A DNA stretch of 64,000 nt from Candidatus Latescibacterota bacterium (lineage in GTDB: Bacteria; Krumholzibacteriota; Krumholzibacteriia; WVZY01; JAKEHA01). The translations under genes and the position numbers were made by a program. This document shows positions 19,800 to 28,890 of this stretch, in pieces (position 1 is the first letter of the stretch; every line of letters starts with the position of its first letter). Under the pieces are notes generated by a model. That model made no database searches. It was not told the origin of the DNA and saw nothing but the letters and a program-made list of their open reading frames with translations. The stretch is from contig CAVXFV010000004.1 of assembly GCA_963761125.1 (NCBI GenBank), forward strand, positions 392,544 through 456,543, given 5' to 3'.

Positions 19800-19815
19800 T
19801 GGCTTGGAAATTGCT
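19800..19815 (+). promoter_or_regulatory. sigma54-like -24/-12 motif upstream of the Ser/Thr kinase
   Basis: TGGCTTGGAAATTGCT. GG-N10-GC spacing is exact and the -12 element TTGCT matches consensus. About 105 nt upstream of ATG 19920. Confidence 0.35.
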
Positions 19816-19919
19816 GAATCATCCCCGGGTACCGTTGTGGTCGTCTAACTTGTTACCAGTTATGCCGTTATGATCCAGCCGGGTCCCGCCAAACCGGCAA
19901 CATCGGGAAAGCTTTGCAA

Positions 19920-21726
19920 ATGGCAATACACGTCGCGATAGAGGGTTACGACTCGCTCGAGCAGATCGGCGTGGGCGGGATGGCGGCCGTGTATAAGGCC
20001 CGCAAGGTGTCGATCGACAAGACCGTGGCCATCAAGGTGCTTTTTCCGCTACCTCGCCACCGACGCCAGCTTCACCGAGCGCTTCCAGCGCGAAGCCAGG
20101 GCCGCGGCCAGCATCCAGCACGACAACATCGTCAACGTCGTCGACTACGGCGAGAGCGACGGTGCGTTCTACATCGTGATGGAGTACTACGACGGCCGCA
20201 CGCTCGAGGCCATGATGAAGGCGCGGTCGGGCATTCCGCTGGAAATCGCCGCGCAGATCATTCTCGAAGTCGCATACGGGCTGGAAGCGGCGCACGCGCT
20301 CGACATCGTTCACCGCGACATCAAGCCGGCGAACATCATCTACACCAATCAGGGCGGAATCAAGATCGCAGACTTCGGTCTCGCGAAGAAGTCGGATTCC
20401 GTGACGATGATCACGCAGATGGGAAAAGTCATCGGCACGCCCGCGTACATGTCGCCGGAACAGGCGGCGGGGCGTCCGGTCGGGCCGGCGAGCGACATCT
20501 TCTCGCTCGGCGTCGTGGCGTACGAACTCCTGAGCCGCCGCAAACCCTTCGAGGGGAAGTCGTATTCCGACGTGCTGGAGAAGATCCAGACGCTCGATGC
20601 GCCCTCGATCACCGACGTCAATCCGCTGATCGAGCCCGATCTGGAGCGCGTCATCGCGCGCATGCTCGAGAAGGACGACCGGGACCGGTATACCACCGCG
20701 GCAGCGCTGATCAGCGATCTCGAGGCCGCGATGGAAAAGGCCAAGATCCAGCGGGACCGGCGCCGCCTGGTATCTTACGTGCGCGACCCGGATGCGTACG
20801 ACGCCAAGTCGAACGAAAAGATCGTAACGCAGAGCCTTTCTCGGGGCGCGTTCTTCATGCAGAAGGGCGAAGGCCATCTCGAGGACGCCCTCCTCGAATT
20901 CCGGCGTATTCTCTTCGTCGATCCCGGCAACGAACGCGCGCGCAAAAATCTCGAACGCATCAAACTCCAGCATGGAGGCGACCAGCGGACCGTTACCCTG
21001 GAAGCCGCGGCGGTAACGCCGGCGGCGGGCCGGGCACCGCGGGAACGCAAGGAGCCGCCGCGCCGACGCAGGCGTGCGTCGCGATGGTTGGTCGGCGCCA
21101 GTCTTGCCGCCGCGATCGTCGCGGCCGCCGCCGGTGTCTGGTTCGCGATGCCGTCGGGTGACTTGCCGTTCAAGCGTGTCGCATCGGCGGCGCGTGTCTC
21201 GCAGGTCGAGTCGCCGGTCACAGACCGGGCCGCGTCGGCTTCGGTGCCGATGGGGCCGGCGGTGGCGCCGGACTCCGCCAGCGAGAAGTCCGCGCCGACG
21301 CAACTGGACGTGATGGCGTCGATGACGACCGACCCGGTGGTGACGGCTACCGAAGAACACAAGCCGGCACCGACCCATCAAGCGGCCCGTGATCCCGCGA
21401 CCGCAGCGAAGAAAGTCACGGATACCGCCGCGGCATCCGGGAAGAACGCGCAGAACGCGACCATCACGCAACCGGCCAAGTCGGGAACGGGAACGCTGTC
21501 CGTGTATTTCCTCGGCGGCGTCGGTGAAGTCGCCATCAACGGGAAGCCGTTTTCTCGTCAGCCGCCGTTCGAGGCGGTGTCGATGCCGGTGGGGACGTAC
21601 CGCGTTGCCTGCCGCATGACCGGCGATGTAACGCCGAAGGAAGTCGTCGTCCACATCGAACCGGATCAGAGCACCGTGATCGAATACGAAGTCGGCGGTC
21701 AGCCCGTCGTCACGATGGATCGATGA
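19920..21726 (+). pseudogene. Hanks-type Ser/Thr protein kinase with TM and C-terminal PEGA-like domain, frame broken by a 1-nt insertion
   Basis: 'IGVGGMAAVYKARK', 'VAIKVLF', then the +1 frame gives 'RYLATDASFTERFQREA..HRDIKPANI..DFGLAK..GTPAYMSPEQ'. Removing one T from the T5 run at 20041-20045 restores 'KVLFRYLATD'. TM 'LVGASLAAAIVAAAAGVWF'. C-terminus 'GTYRVACRM..VVVHIEPDQSTVIEYEV'. Confidence 0.85.
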
Positions 21727-22361
21727 AGCGAGGTCTGTCCATGCTCAGCGTCCGAAAGATCACAAGCACCGTGGCGCTCGTCACGCTGCTGGCGTCCGTC
21801 CTGTCGGCGGCCTACGAGCCCGCGCATGCGGGCACCGCGGCGGACGACCTCAAGCAGATCGAGTACCGGTATTACTTCCGCGGCCGCTACCAGCAGGCCA
21901 TCGAAAGCCTCCAGACGTTCCTGGCGCGCGTCGATTTGACGCCGGCAGACGAAACTCGTGCCCGCGAAGTGTTGGCCGCCTCGTACGTGCTCGGCGGCGC
22001 ACCGGCGATGGGCAAAGAGGTGTTCACGCAAATGATCGTCGCGCACCCGGACTACCCGGGACCGGATCCAACGGTCTTCAAGCTTGAGGTCGTGAACACG
22101 TACGCGGAGGCGCGATCGGACTACGCGGCGCTTACGATCAAAACCGCTCCCCGGCAGGACGCGCTCGCACAGAATGGCGCCAGTGGCGCCGATGCGGCGC
22201 TCCAACCGGAAGGTAAGCCCATCTACAAGAAATGGTGGTTCTACGCCGGCGCCGCGGCGCTCCTGCTCGTGGCCGGCGCCGCGGCCGGTGGAAGCGGCGG
22301 CGACAATCCGGCGCCGAGCGCGTCCACCGGAACGGTCGTCGTGGGGGTGAGGGTCCAGTGA
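21723..22361 (+). CDS. Exported helical (TPR-like) protein with C-terminal TM anchor, unknown function
   Basis: Signal 'TVALVTLLASVLSAAYEPAHA'. Helical repeat-like 'YYFRGRYQQAIESLQTFL'. C-terminal 'WWFYAGAAALLLVAGAAA'. ATGA overlap with the kinase stop. Confidence 0.5.
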   Translation: MKRGLSMLSVRKITSTVALVTLLASVLSAAYEPAHAGTAADDLKQIEYRYYFRGRYQQAIESLQTFLARVDLTPADETRAREVLAASYVLGGAPAMGKEVFTQMIVAHPDYPGPDPTVFKLEVVNTYAEARSDYAALTIKTAPRQDALAQNGASGADAALQPEGKPIYKKWWFYAGAAALLLVAGAAAGGSGGDNPAPSASTGTVVVGVRVQ

Positions 22362-23947
22362 AGTTCCGGCTGCGATTGATCATGCTCGTTGCGGCTCCGG
22401 TCATGTTCGCGTTGAATTGCTCGACGCCGAACGAACCGCTGGAGCCGCAGGGAAACATTGTGCTCCGTGTGCTGGCGCCCTCGTCGACGTCCGATGCCGC
22501 CGCGCCCGTGCTCGCCGTGGCGCCACCGGGCTTCGATTCGGTCGCCGTCAGCGTCTTCCGGGCCGGTAGCGCGATCACCCGCGAAGTCACCAAGGGCGCC
22601 GCCCTGGACGCGGACTCCGTCGACGTCTCGCTCTCGTGCGTCGCCGAGCCGAACAAGCGCGTCGGCGTCGACCTGTTCGAGAACGGGACGATGATCTATC
22701 ATGGGGCCAATACCGACGTCGACGTTGTCGCGAACCAGCGGACGAGCGTCCTGGTCGACGTCTACCCGTTCTATATCTCGTCGTTCACCTCGACGCCGGG
22801 GGTCACGAACGAGGGCAGCGCGTTTGCATTACGCTGGTCGGGCGTGCCCATTGCGAACTCGTATCTTGTCGAAGCCAGCCCGACCGCGGACTTCGACACC
22901 ATCGAGTGGCAGCAGACCGTCACCGATACGCTCTCCGCCGCGCAACTCGGCCCCGGGTCGCACTACTTCCGAGTGGCGCCGCGTACGCCGTACGCGACCG
23001 GCTCGTTCGCGGGCCCGCAGTTCGGCTACGTGTTGGGCGGCTCCAACAAAGTCGAGATCACCGGCTTTGGTGCGCCGGGTGCGATTCCCGGAGACGAGGT
23101 GTCCATCTACGGAGAGAACCTCGACTTCCCGGGGACCCAGGTCCAGATCGGCACGAAGGTCATGGAGATCGTCTCGTCGTCGTGGGGCGAGATCGTTGCA
23201 CGCATGCCGCGCGACGCCACCACCGCGACGGTTTCGGCGACGAGTCTGCTCGGCACCGCCGTATCCAAGGATGAACTCATCGCGCAGCGAATCGCGTACG
23301 TGACGTCGACCGGTCAGTTCGCCAAGTCGTTCATCGACCTGATGTGGACCTATAAGGCCGACGTCGCGAATAGCGGTGTGGTCGCCGTTCCCATCGCGAA
23401 TCTCGATACACGCGATATGAGCGTCTTCGACGTCATCGTCGTCGCCAACGATACCGGCACCGACGTCAGCAACTGGGGCGGCGGCAGCACCGCGCGTGCG
23501 CTCGCCATCATGGCCAGCGGTGCCAACGTGCTGGCGATGGGTGACGGCGGGATTTCGTTTCTGCTGATCGCGGTGCCGGCGTTCCGCGGAAACGTCTCGG
23601 TCAGCAGCCAGACGTCGTGCTACACGTCGAGCCCCAACGCGACCGTGTTTCAGACCCCGCATTCCCTGGGGGTCAGCCCCCTCGGAGGGTGGATCGACTT
23701 CTGCCAGAGCAACGAGCGTACACTGGCGGTCAACAACTCCAACGGGACGAATCAGTACGCCTCGACCGGCATCCTCTCCAACAAGTGGGTGCTGCTGGAT
23801 ACCACCGTCGGATCGCAGCGGTACCTCTACTGGGGATTCGCGGCCGACCCGAAGGGCTTTGCGAAGGCGGGGCAGGATTGCATGGCCAATATCATGAACC
23901 TGCTCGTCAAGGAGCGCGGTGCGGTTCCCGTGACGCCACTGCGCTGA
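22358..23947 (+). CDS. Lipoprotein with Fn3-like and IPT/TIG-like domains and an uncharacterised C-terminal domain
   Basis: Lipobox 'VMFALNC'. 'FALRWSGVPIANSYLVEASPTADF' (Fn3-like). 'VEITGFGAPGAIPGDEVSIYGENLDFPGTQVQIG' (IPT/TIG-like). GTG 22358 overlaps the upstream stop (GTGA). Confidence 0.6.
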   Translation: MKFRLRLIMLVAAPVMFALNCSTPNEPLEPQGNIVLRVLAPSSTSDAAAPVLAVAPPGFDSVAVSVFRAGSAITREVTKGAALDADSVDVSLSCVAEPNKRVGVDLFENGTMIYHGANTDVDVVANQRTSVLVDVYPFYISSFTSTPGVTNEGSAFALRWSGVPIANSYLVEASPTADFDTIEWQQTVTDTLSAAQLGPGSHYFRVAPRTPYATGSFAGPQFGYVLGGSNKVEITGFGAPGAIPGDEVSIYGENLDFPGTQVQIGTKVMEIVSSSWGEIVARMPRDATTATVSATSLLGTAVSKDELIAQRIAYVTSTGQFAKSFIDLMWTYKADVANSGVVAVPIANLDTRDMSVFDVIVVANDTGTDVSNWGGGSTARALAIMASGANVLAMGDGGISFLLIAVPAFRGNVSVSSQTSCYTSSPNATVFQTPHSLGVSPLGGWIDFCQSNERTLAVNNSNGTNQYASTGILSNKWVLLDTTVGSQRYLYWGFAADPKGFAKAGQDCMANIMNLLVKERGAVPVTPLR

Positions 23948-23948
23948 C

Positions 23949-23975
23949 GTCAAGGACGCGCCCACGGTCCTTGAC
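23949..23975 (+). terminator. Hairpin after the kinase operon's third gene (no U tract)
   Basis: GTCAAGGAC-gcgcccacg-GTCCTTGAC: 9-bp stem starting 2 nt after stop 23947. Confidence 0.35.
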
Positions 23976-24069
23976 ACGCTCCGGTTCATCCCGCAAAATC
24001 CGTTCTTCCGGCGCTCTCGTGCGCCGTTCTCCGCAATACAGGTCCGCAAAGTTCGGCGAGGCATATCGT

Positions 24070-24881
24070 ATGAAATATTCACGGTTGGTGTGGGTCGGTC
24101 TGGTGTGTGTGTTGGCCGCGTGCGGAAAATCCGGCGAGAAGAAAGCCGGCCAAACCTCGGCGGCGTCGGATTCCACGGCCGCGATGGGGCCGTCCGCCGT
24201 CGCGGGCGCGCTGGAGGCAAAAGGATTTCGCGTGGTGGAAGACCGGCGTGCCCCCGCCCAGCAATCCGAACGGCTCGCGTCGGCGGTGGTCTATCAGTCG
24301 GCCGATAAGACCCGGGGGGAATCGTCTACGTGCAGCGGCCGGTGGGTGGCGGCCCCGAGGAGGTCGTCTGGCACTGGTACTTCAAGGACTCGGCGCCCGA
24401 TTCGGTCGACTTCACCGAACTCAACGGTGACGGACTCTGGGACATGCGGGTGTTCATGGGAGGCACCGCCAAACCGATTGACCTGCTGCAACGTGAAGCG
24501 TTCTCGCTCCTCGGCCCTCCGCTCCCGTCCCCCGTCGCCGAGAACGGGGAATCGTCGGCGCCGGCCGACCTGTGGAAATGTTTCGACGGTGACACCTCGA
24601 CCGTGTGGCAGTCGACCGCACCGAAGACCTACATCGAGCTGCCGAATCCGCTGGGCGCGCCGATGAACGAACTCGACCTTCAGATGACCGGCAAGAAGCG
24701 TCCGAAGAAGATCGACGTATTTGCGGGGGACTCGAAGGTGCAAACACTCGATCTCGCCGAGACGGACGAGGTGCAGCGATTCCACCTGGATGCGCGGGCG
24801 GTCAACGCACCGTCGATCCGAATCGAGACGAAGGCAAGCGCGGACGCGCCCGTGGAGATCAGGGAGTTGCAGATCCGCTAG
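24070..24881 (+). pseudogene. Lipoprotein with Ca-binding-like 'DxNGDG' loop and discoidin/F5-8C-like C-terminal domain, frame broken by a 1-nt deletion
   Basis: Lipobox 'VCVLAAC'. '..AVVYQSADKTRG' continues in the -1 frame as 'GIVYVQRPVGGGPEEVVWHWYF..LNGDGLWD..WKCFDGDTSTVWQS..IRIETKA'. The junction is the G6 run at 24314-24319. Confidence 0.65.
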
Positions 24882-26412
24882 GGACCTGCGGGGTCGGGAT
24901 CTTGGAATCCGCAGCGGGGACGATGTCCTTGAGCACCTCGAGGAACGTCTGGGCGACCTTCGGGTCCAGCTTGGTACCCGCCGTGGAAATGATCTCGTCT
25001 ACCGCCACCTGGTGGCTGCGGCGCTTGCGGTAGGGGCGGTCGGACGTCATGGCGTCGTACATATCCGCCACCGCGATGATCCTCGATATCAGCGGAATAT
25101 CCTCGCCCTTCAGACCATCCGGATACCCCGACCCGTCGAAGCACTCGTGATGGTGCTTGATCAGCGGCACGATCGGGTGCATCTCGCCGAGCATTTCGAT
25201 CATCGAGGCACCCACCTGCACGTGATTTCGAACACGCTCCATCTCTTCCTGGGAGAGACGTCCGGGATGATTCAGTAGCTCGTCCGGGACGCCGATCTTG
25301 CCGATGTCGTGGAGCATCGCAGCCAGGTAGAGCTGGTGTTTGTCCTTGGTCGAGAGCTGGAGCTTCTCGGCGATCATCAAGGCGTATCGGCTGACGCGCG
25401 TCGAGTGACCAGCGGTGTACTGGTCCTTGGCCTGGATCGTTCTGACGAGCGTTTCGACCGTGTTGTAGAACAAGCCGCGGAGATCGTCGTACAGGCGTGC
25501 GTTGTCGACCGCGATGGCCACCTTCAGCGCCAGCGCGGAAAACAGCGCAAGATCGCGGCGCGTGAACGCGTTGGCCTTGTGGGAATCCACGTAGACGATT
25601 CCGAGCACGTTGTTGCGGTTCACCAGGGGCGCGCACATGGCGCTGCGCATGTCCAGGGCCGCCACGCTGCGCGAATGCATGAAACGCTCGTCGATGAGCG
25701 CGTCGCTGGAGATGATCGACGTCTGCTGGCGCACGGCGGTCTGGAGGATCGTCTGGCTCACCACGATCTCGGCGTCGTCCGCATGCTCGACGGCCGGGTA
25801 CCGGGCGTAGGGAACGAGCGTCTCGGAGTTGCGCTGCAACAGGAAGACGAACCCGCGCGACGCCGGTACGCTCTCCATGATGATGGCGAGCAGGTTGTCG
25901 AGCAGGGCCTCGAGGTCCTCGATGTTGCGGAACGCATTGTCCGCGTTGTAGAGGACGTGCAAGGCCTTCTGCGCCGAACTCGCGTCCGACCCCAGGCCCG
26001 CGATGAATTCCTCCGACCCGGTGGATTCCGACTGCGGCAGGACGACCGACGCCTTCCTGGGCTTGGCGTCGATCGAGACCGTAATATTGAGGGGCGACCG
26101 CACCTCGTGAATCGACGAGTGCCCCGCCTCCACCACGATCCCCACGTTGGCGATGATCAGTTCGTCGCCCGGGCTCAGCCGCTCGTTGTTGACCCGCCGG
26201 CCGTTCAGGTATGTCCCGTTGGTGCTGCCGAGGTCCCGGACGAAGTACTGGCCGTTCTCGCTGCTGATCCGGCAGTGAAACCGCGAGATGGCCGTGTGAT
26301 CGAGAACAATGACGTTCTCCGGGTCGCGACCGATGGTCAGCGGCAGGTTCTTGGGCTCCAGGGTGACGACGCGCCCTTTGGAGCCTCCCGACATGATGCG
26401 AAGGTGGAGCAT
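24859..26412 (-). CDS. FHA - GAF - HD-GYP three-domain signalling protein (putative c-di-GMP phosphodiesterase)
   Basis: FHA 'LTIGRDPENVIVLDHTAISRFHCRISSENGQYFVRDLGSTNGTYLNGRRV'. GAF-like middle region. HD-GYP 'HSTRVSRYA..AAMLHDIGKIGVP..HHHECFDGSGYPDGLKGEDIPL..DAMTSDRPYRK'. Start taken at 'MLHLRIM'; the upstream 57 codons look non-coding. Confidence 0.85.
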   Translation of the reverse strand: MLHLRIMSGGSKGRVVTLEPKNLPLTIGRDPENVIVLDHTAISRFHCRISSENGQYFVRDLGSTNGTYLNGRRVNNERLSPGDELIIANVGIVVEAGHSSIHEVRSPLNITVSIDAKPRKASVVLPQSESTGSEEFIAGLGSDASSAQKALHVLYNADNAFRNIEDLEALLDNLLAIIMESVPASRGFVFLLQRNSETLVPYARYPAVEHADDAEIVVSQTILQTAVRQQTSIISSDALIDERFMHSRSVAALDMRSAMCAPLVNRNNVLGIVYVDSHKANAFTRRDLALFSALALKVAIAVDNARLYDDLRGLFYNTVETLVRTIQAKDQYTAGHSTRVSRYALMIAEKLQLSTKDKHQLYLAAMLHDIGKIGVPDELLNHPGRLSQEEMERVRNHVQVGASMIEMLGEMHPIVPLIKHHHECFDGSGYPDGLKGEDIPLISRIIAVADMYDAMTSDRPYRKRRSHQVAVDEIISTAGTKLDPKVAQTFLEVLKDIVPAADSKIPTPQVPSGSATP

Positions 26413-26676
26413 GGCGTTGTTGGGAACCCGCTTGGGGCCGGTCCCGGGGGCTCTACTAGCAAGAATCAGGACAACCGCCTTGCCCGGGATGGGTGATCGT
26501 TGCGGGCCGGCGGGGCACCCAAATCCCCTAACCCCATGCCGTTTTCCGGGTTGGAAGCGAGGAGGGATTTTGTTGATTGACACATCGGATAACCGGCTCT
26601 CAATATACGAATCGGGCCGCCGAATCTGCGATTTTCAGCATCATCCCGCCTCGATCCCGGCGAAAGGAAGGACGTC

Positions 26677-28887
26677 ATGATCACCGTCAAGGACCGCCCC
26701 GCTCTCGGGGAAAACGCGATGCGCGTGTTGGAAAGCCGATATCTGCGCAAGGACGCCGATGGCAACGTCGTGGAGACACCCGACGGAATGTTCCGACGCG
26801 TGGCCGCAACGGTGGCGGCGGCCGAGGCCAACTACGACGAATCGCCCGCGGAGTGGGAAGCGATCTTCTACGACATGATGTCGACGCTCGACTTTCTTCC
26901 CAATTCACCGACGCTGATGAACGCGGGCACCGAGATTCAGCAACTGTCCGCGTGTTTCGTGTTACCGGTGGAAGACTCGATGGAAGAGATATTCGATTCC
27001 ATCAAGCACACCGCTCTGATTCACAAGAGCGGCGGCGGCACCGGTTTCTCATTCTCCAGAGTGCGTCCCAAGAACGACGCCGTGCAGAGTACGCACGGGG
27101 TGTCGAGCGGCCCCGTGTCCTTCATGACGGTTTTCGACGCCGCCACCGAAACCGTACGGCAGGGGGGCCGTCGCCGCGGCGCGAACATGGCGATCCTTCG
27201 CGTGGATCACCCCGACATCCTGGAGTTCATCGACGCCAAGCTCGCAAACGAGCGGCTCAACAACTTCAATCTGTCGGTCGCCATTACCGACAAGTTCATG
27301 GACGCGCTCGCACACGACGCGCACTACGACCTGGTCAATCCGCGCACACACGTCGTCGTCGGATCGCTGGAAGCGCGTGACGTGATGCGGCGCATCGTCG
27401 ATCACGCATGGCAGAACGGCGAGCCGGGGATCGTGTTCATCGACCGGATCAATCGCGACAACCCGACGCCGGCGGTGGGCGCGATCGAGAGCACCAATCC
27501 CTGCGGCGAACAGCCGCTGTTGCCCTACGAGTCGTGCAATCTCGGGTCGATCAATCTCGCGCGCTTCGCCGACGGGGCTTTTGGAGACGCCGCGCTCGAC
27601 CGCGAGCGGCTGGGCCGCGTCGTCGCCAACGCCGTGCGCTTCCTCGACGACGTCATCGACGCCAACCGGTATCCGCTGCCCCGCATCGAGTCGATGACGC
27701 GGGCCAACCGCAAGATCGGCCTGGGTGTGATGGGATTCGCCGACCTGCTCATCGCGATGGGGATTCCCTACGAATCGCCGGAAGCGGAAGCGCTCGCCGA
27801 AGATGTCATGGGTCTGATCGAAGCCGCGGCCGTCGAGGCGTCGCGCACGCTGGCCGCCGAACGAGGCGCGTTCCCCAACTTCGGCGAGAGCGTGTATGCC
27901 CGCCGTCACGAAGCGCCCCGGCGGCACGCGACGGTCACGACGATCGCGCCCACCGGATCGATCAGCATTATCGCCGGGGTGTCGAGCGGCGTGGAGCCGC
28001 TCTACGCCATCGCGTTCAAGCGCCGGATTCTCGACGGGGCCGAGCTGCTCGATGCGCACCCGGGCTTCGAGCGCGTGGCGCGCGACGAGGGCTTCTATTC
28101 GGACGCGCTCCTCGGTCGCGTCGCGCGCGAAGGGACCGTACGCGGCGTCGACAGCGTCCCGGAGCGGTGGCGTGCGCTGTTTCAAACCGCGCATGACGTC
28201 ACGCCGGAGGGACACGTGCGTATTCAGGCGGCGTTTCAGCGTCATACCGAAAACGCCGTCTCCAAGACCGTCAACCTTTCGCACGAGGCCACGCGCGACG
28301 ACGTCGAGGCGGTGTTTCGCCGCGCGTTCGAACTCGGTTGCAAGGGTGTGACGCTCTATCGCGACGGGAGCCGCGACCTCCAGGTGCTAAGCACGGGAAA
28401 GACGGCCCCCGCGGGGCCGCGCGTTCCGCGTCCGCGCCCGGAAGTCGTGACGGGACGGACGACGCGGATGGAGACGGGCTGCGGCAATCTCTACGTGACA
28501 ACCAACGAGACGCCCGAGGGCCCGTTTGAACTCTTCGCGCAGATCGGAAAGGCGGGCGGATGCGCGGCGTCGCAAACCGAAGCGATCGGGCGCCTCGTCT
28601 CGCTGGCCCTGCGCTCCGGTGTCGATCCCCGCGGCATTGCGCGTCAGCTTCGCGGGGTGCGCTGCCCGTATCCGTCGTGGAACAAAGGACACAAGGTGCT
28701 CTCCTGCGCCGACGGCATCGGTCAGGCGCTGGACGGGTTTCTGGATACGATCGAACCCGTATCGGGAGACGCACCGGCGGGTGACCGCGCGGAACGCCTC
28801 GCGGGAACGTGCGTCGAGTGCGGGAACGTGCTCGAGTTCGAAGGTGGATGCGCGGTGTGTCGCGCGTGCGGGTATTCGCGCTGCTGA
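26677..28887 (+). CDS. nrdJ: Class II (adenosylcobalamin-dependent) ribonucleotide reductase
   Basis: 'LESRYLRKD', 'LPNSPTLMNAG', 'SACFVLPVEDSM', 'GGGTGFSFSRVRP', 'STNPCGEQPL', Cys-rich tail 'CVECGNVLEFEGGCAVCRACGYSRC'. SD AAGGAAGG precedes the ATG. Confidence 0.9.
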   Translation: MITVKDRPALGENAMRVLESRYLRKDADGNVVETPDGMFRRVAATVAAAEANYDESPAEWEAIFYDMMSTLDFLPNSPTLMNAGTEIQQLSACFVLPVEDSMEEIFDSIKHTALIHKSGGGTGFSFSRVRPKNDAVQSTHGVSSGPVSFMTVFDAATETVRQGGRRRGANMAILRVDHPDILEFIDAKLANERLNNFNLSVAITDKFMDALAHDAHYDLVNPRTHVVVGSLEARDVMRRIVDHAWQNGEPGIVFIDRINRDNPTPAVGAIESTNPCGEQPLLPYESCNLGSINLARFADGAFGDAALDRERLGRVVANAVRFLDDVIDANRYPLPRIESMTRANRKIGLGVMGFADLLIAMGIPYESPEAEALAEDVMGLIEAAAVEASRTLAAERGAFPNFGESVYARRHEAPRRHATVTTIAPTGSISIIAGVSSGVEPLYAIAFKRRILDGAELLDAHPGFERVARDEGFYSDALLGRVAREGTVRGVDSVPERWRALFQTAHDVTPEGHVRIQAAFQRHTENAVSKTVNLSHEATRDDVEAVFRRAFELGCKGVTLYRDGSRDLQVLSTGKTAPAGPRVPRPRPEVVTGRTTRMETGCGNLYVTTNETPEGPFELFAQIGKAGGCAASQTEAIGRLVSLALRSGVDPRGIARQLRGVRCPYPSWNKGHKVLSCADGIGQALDGFLDTIEPVSGDAPAGDRAERLAGTCVECGNVLEFEGGCAVCRACGYSRC

Positions 28888-28890
28888 TCG

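Noticed and set aside
26560-26676. Possible NrdR boxes or a cobalamin riboswitch upstream of nrdJ ('tgacacatcggataac', 'ctctcaatatacgaat').
   Set aside because: Only half-site resemblance to the palindromic NrdR box, with doubtful spacing. I saw no B12-box-like core. Not supportable without a PWM or covariance-model scan.
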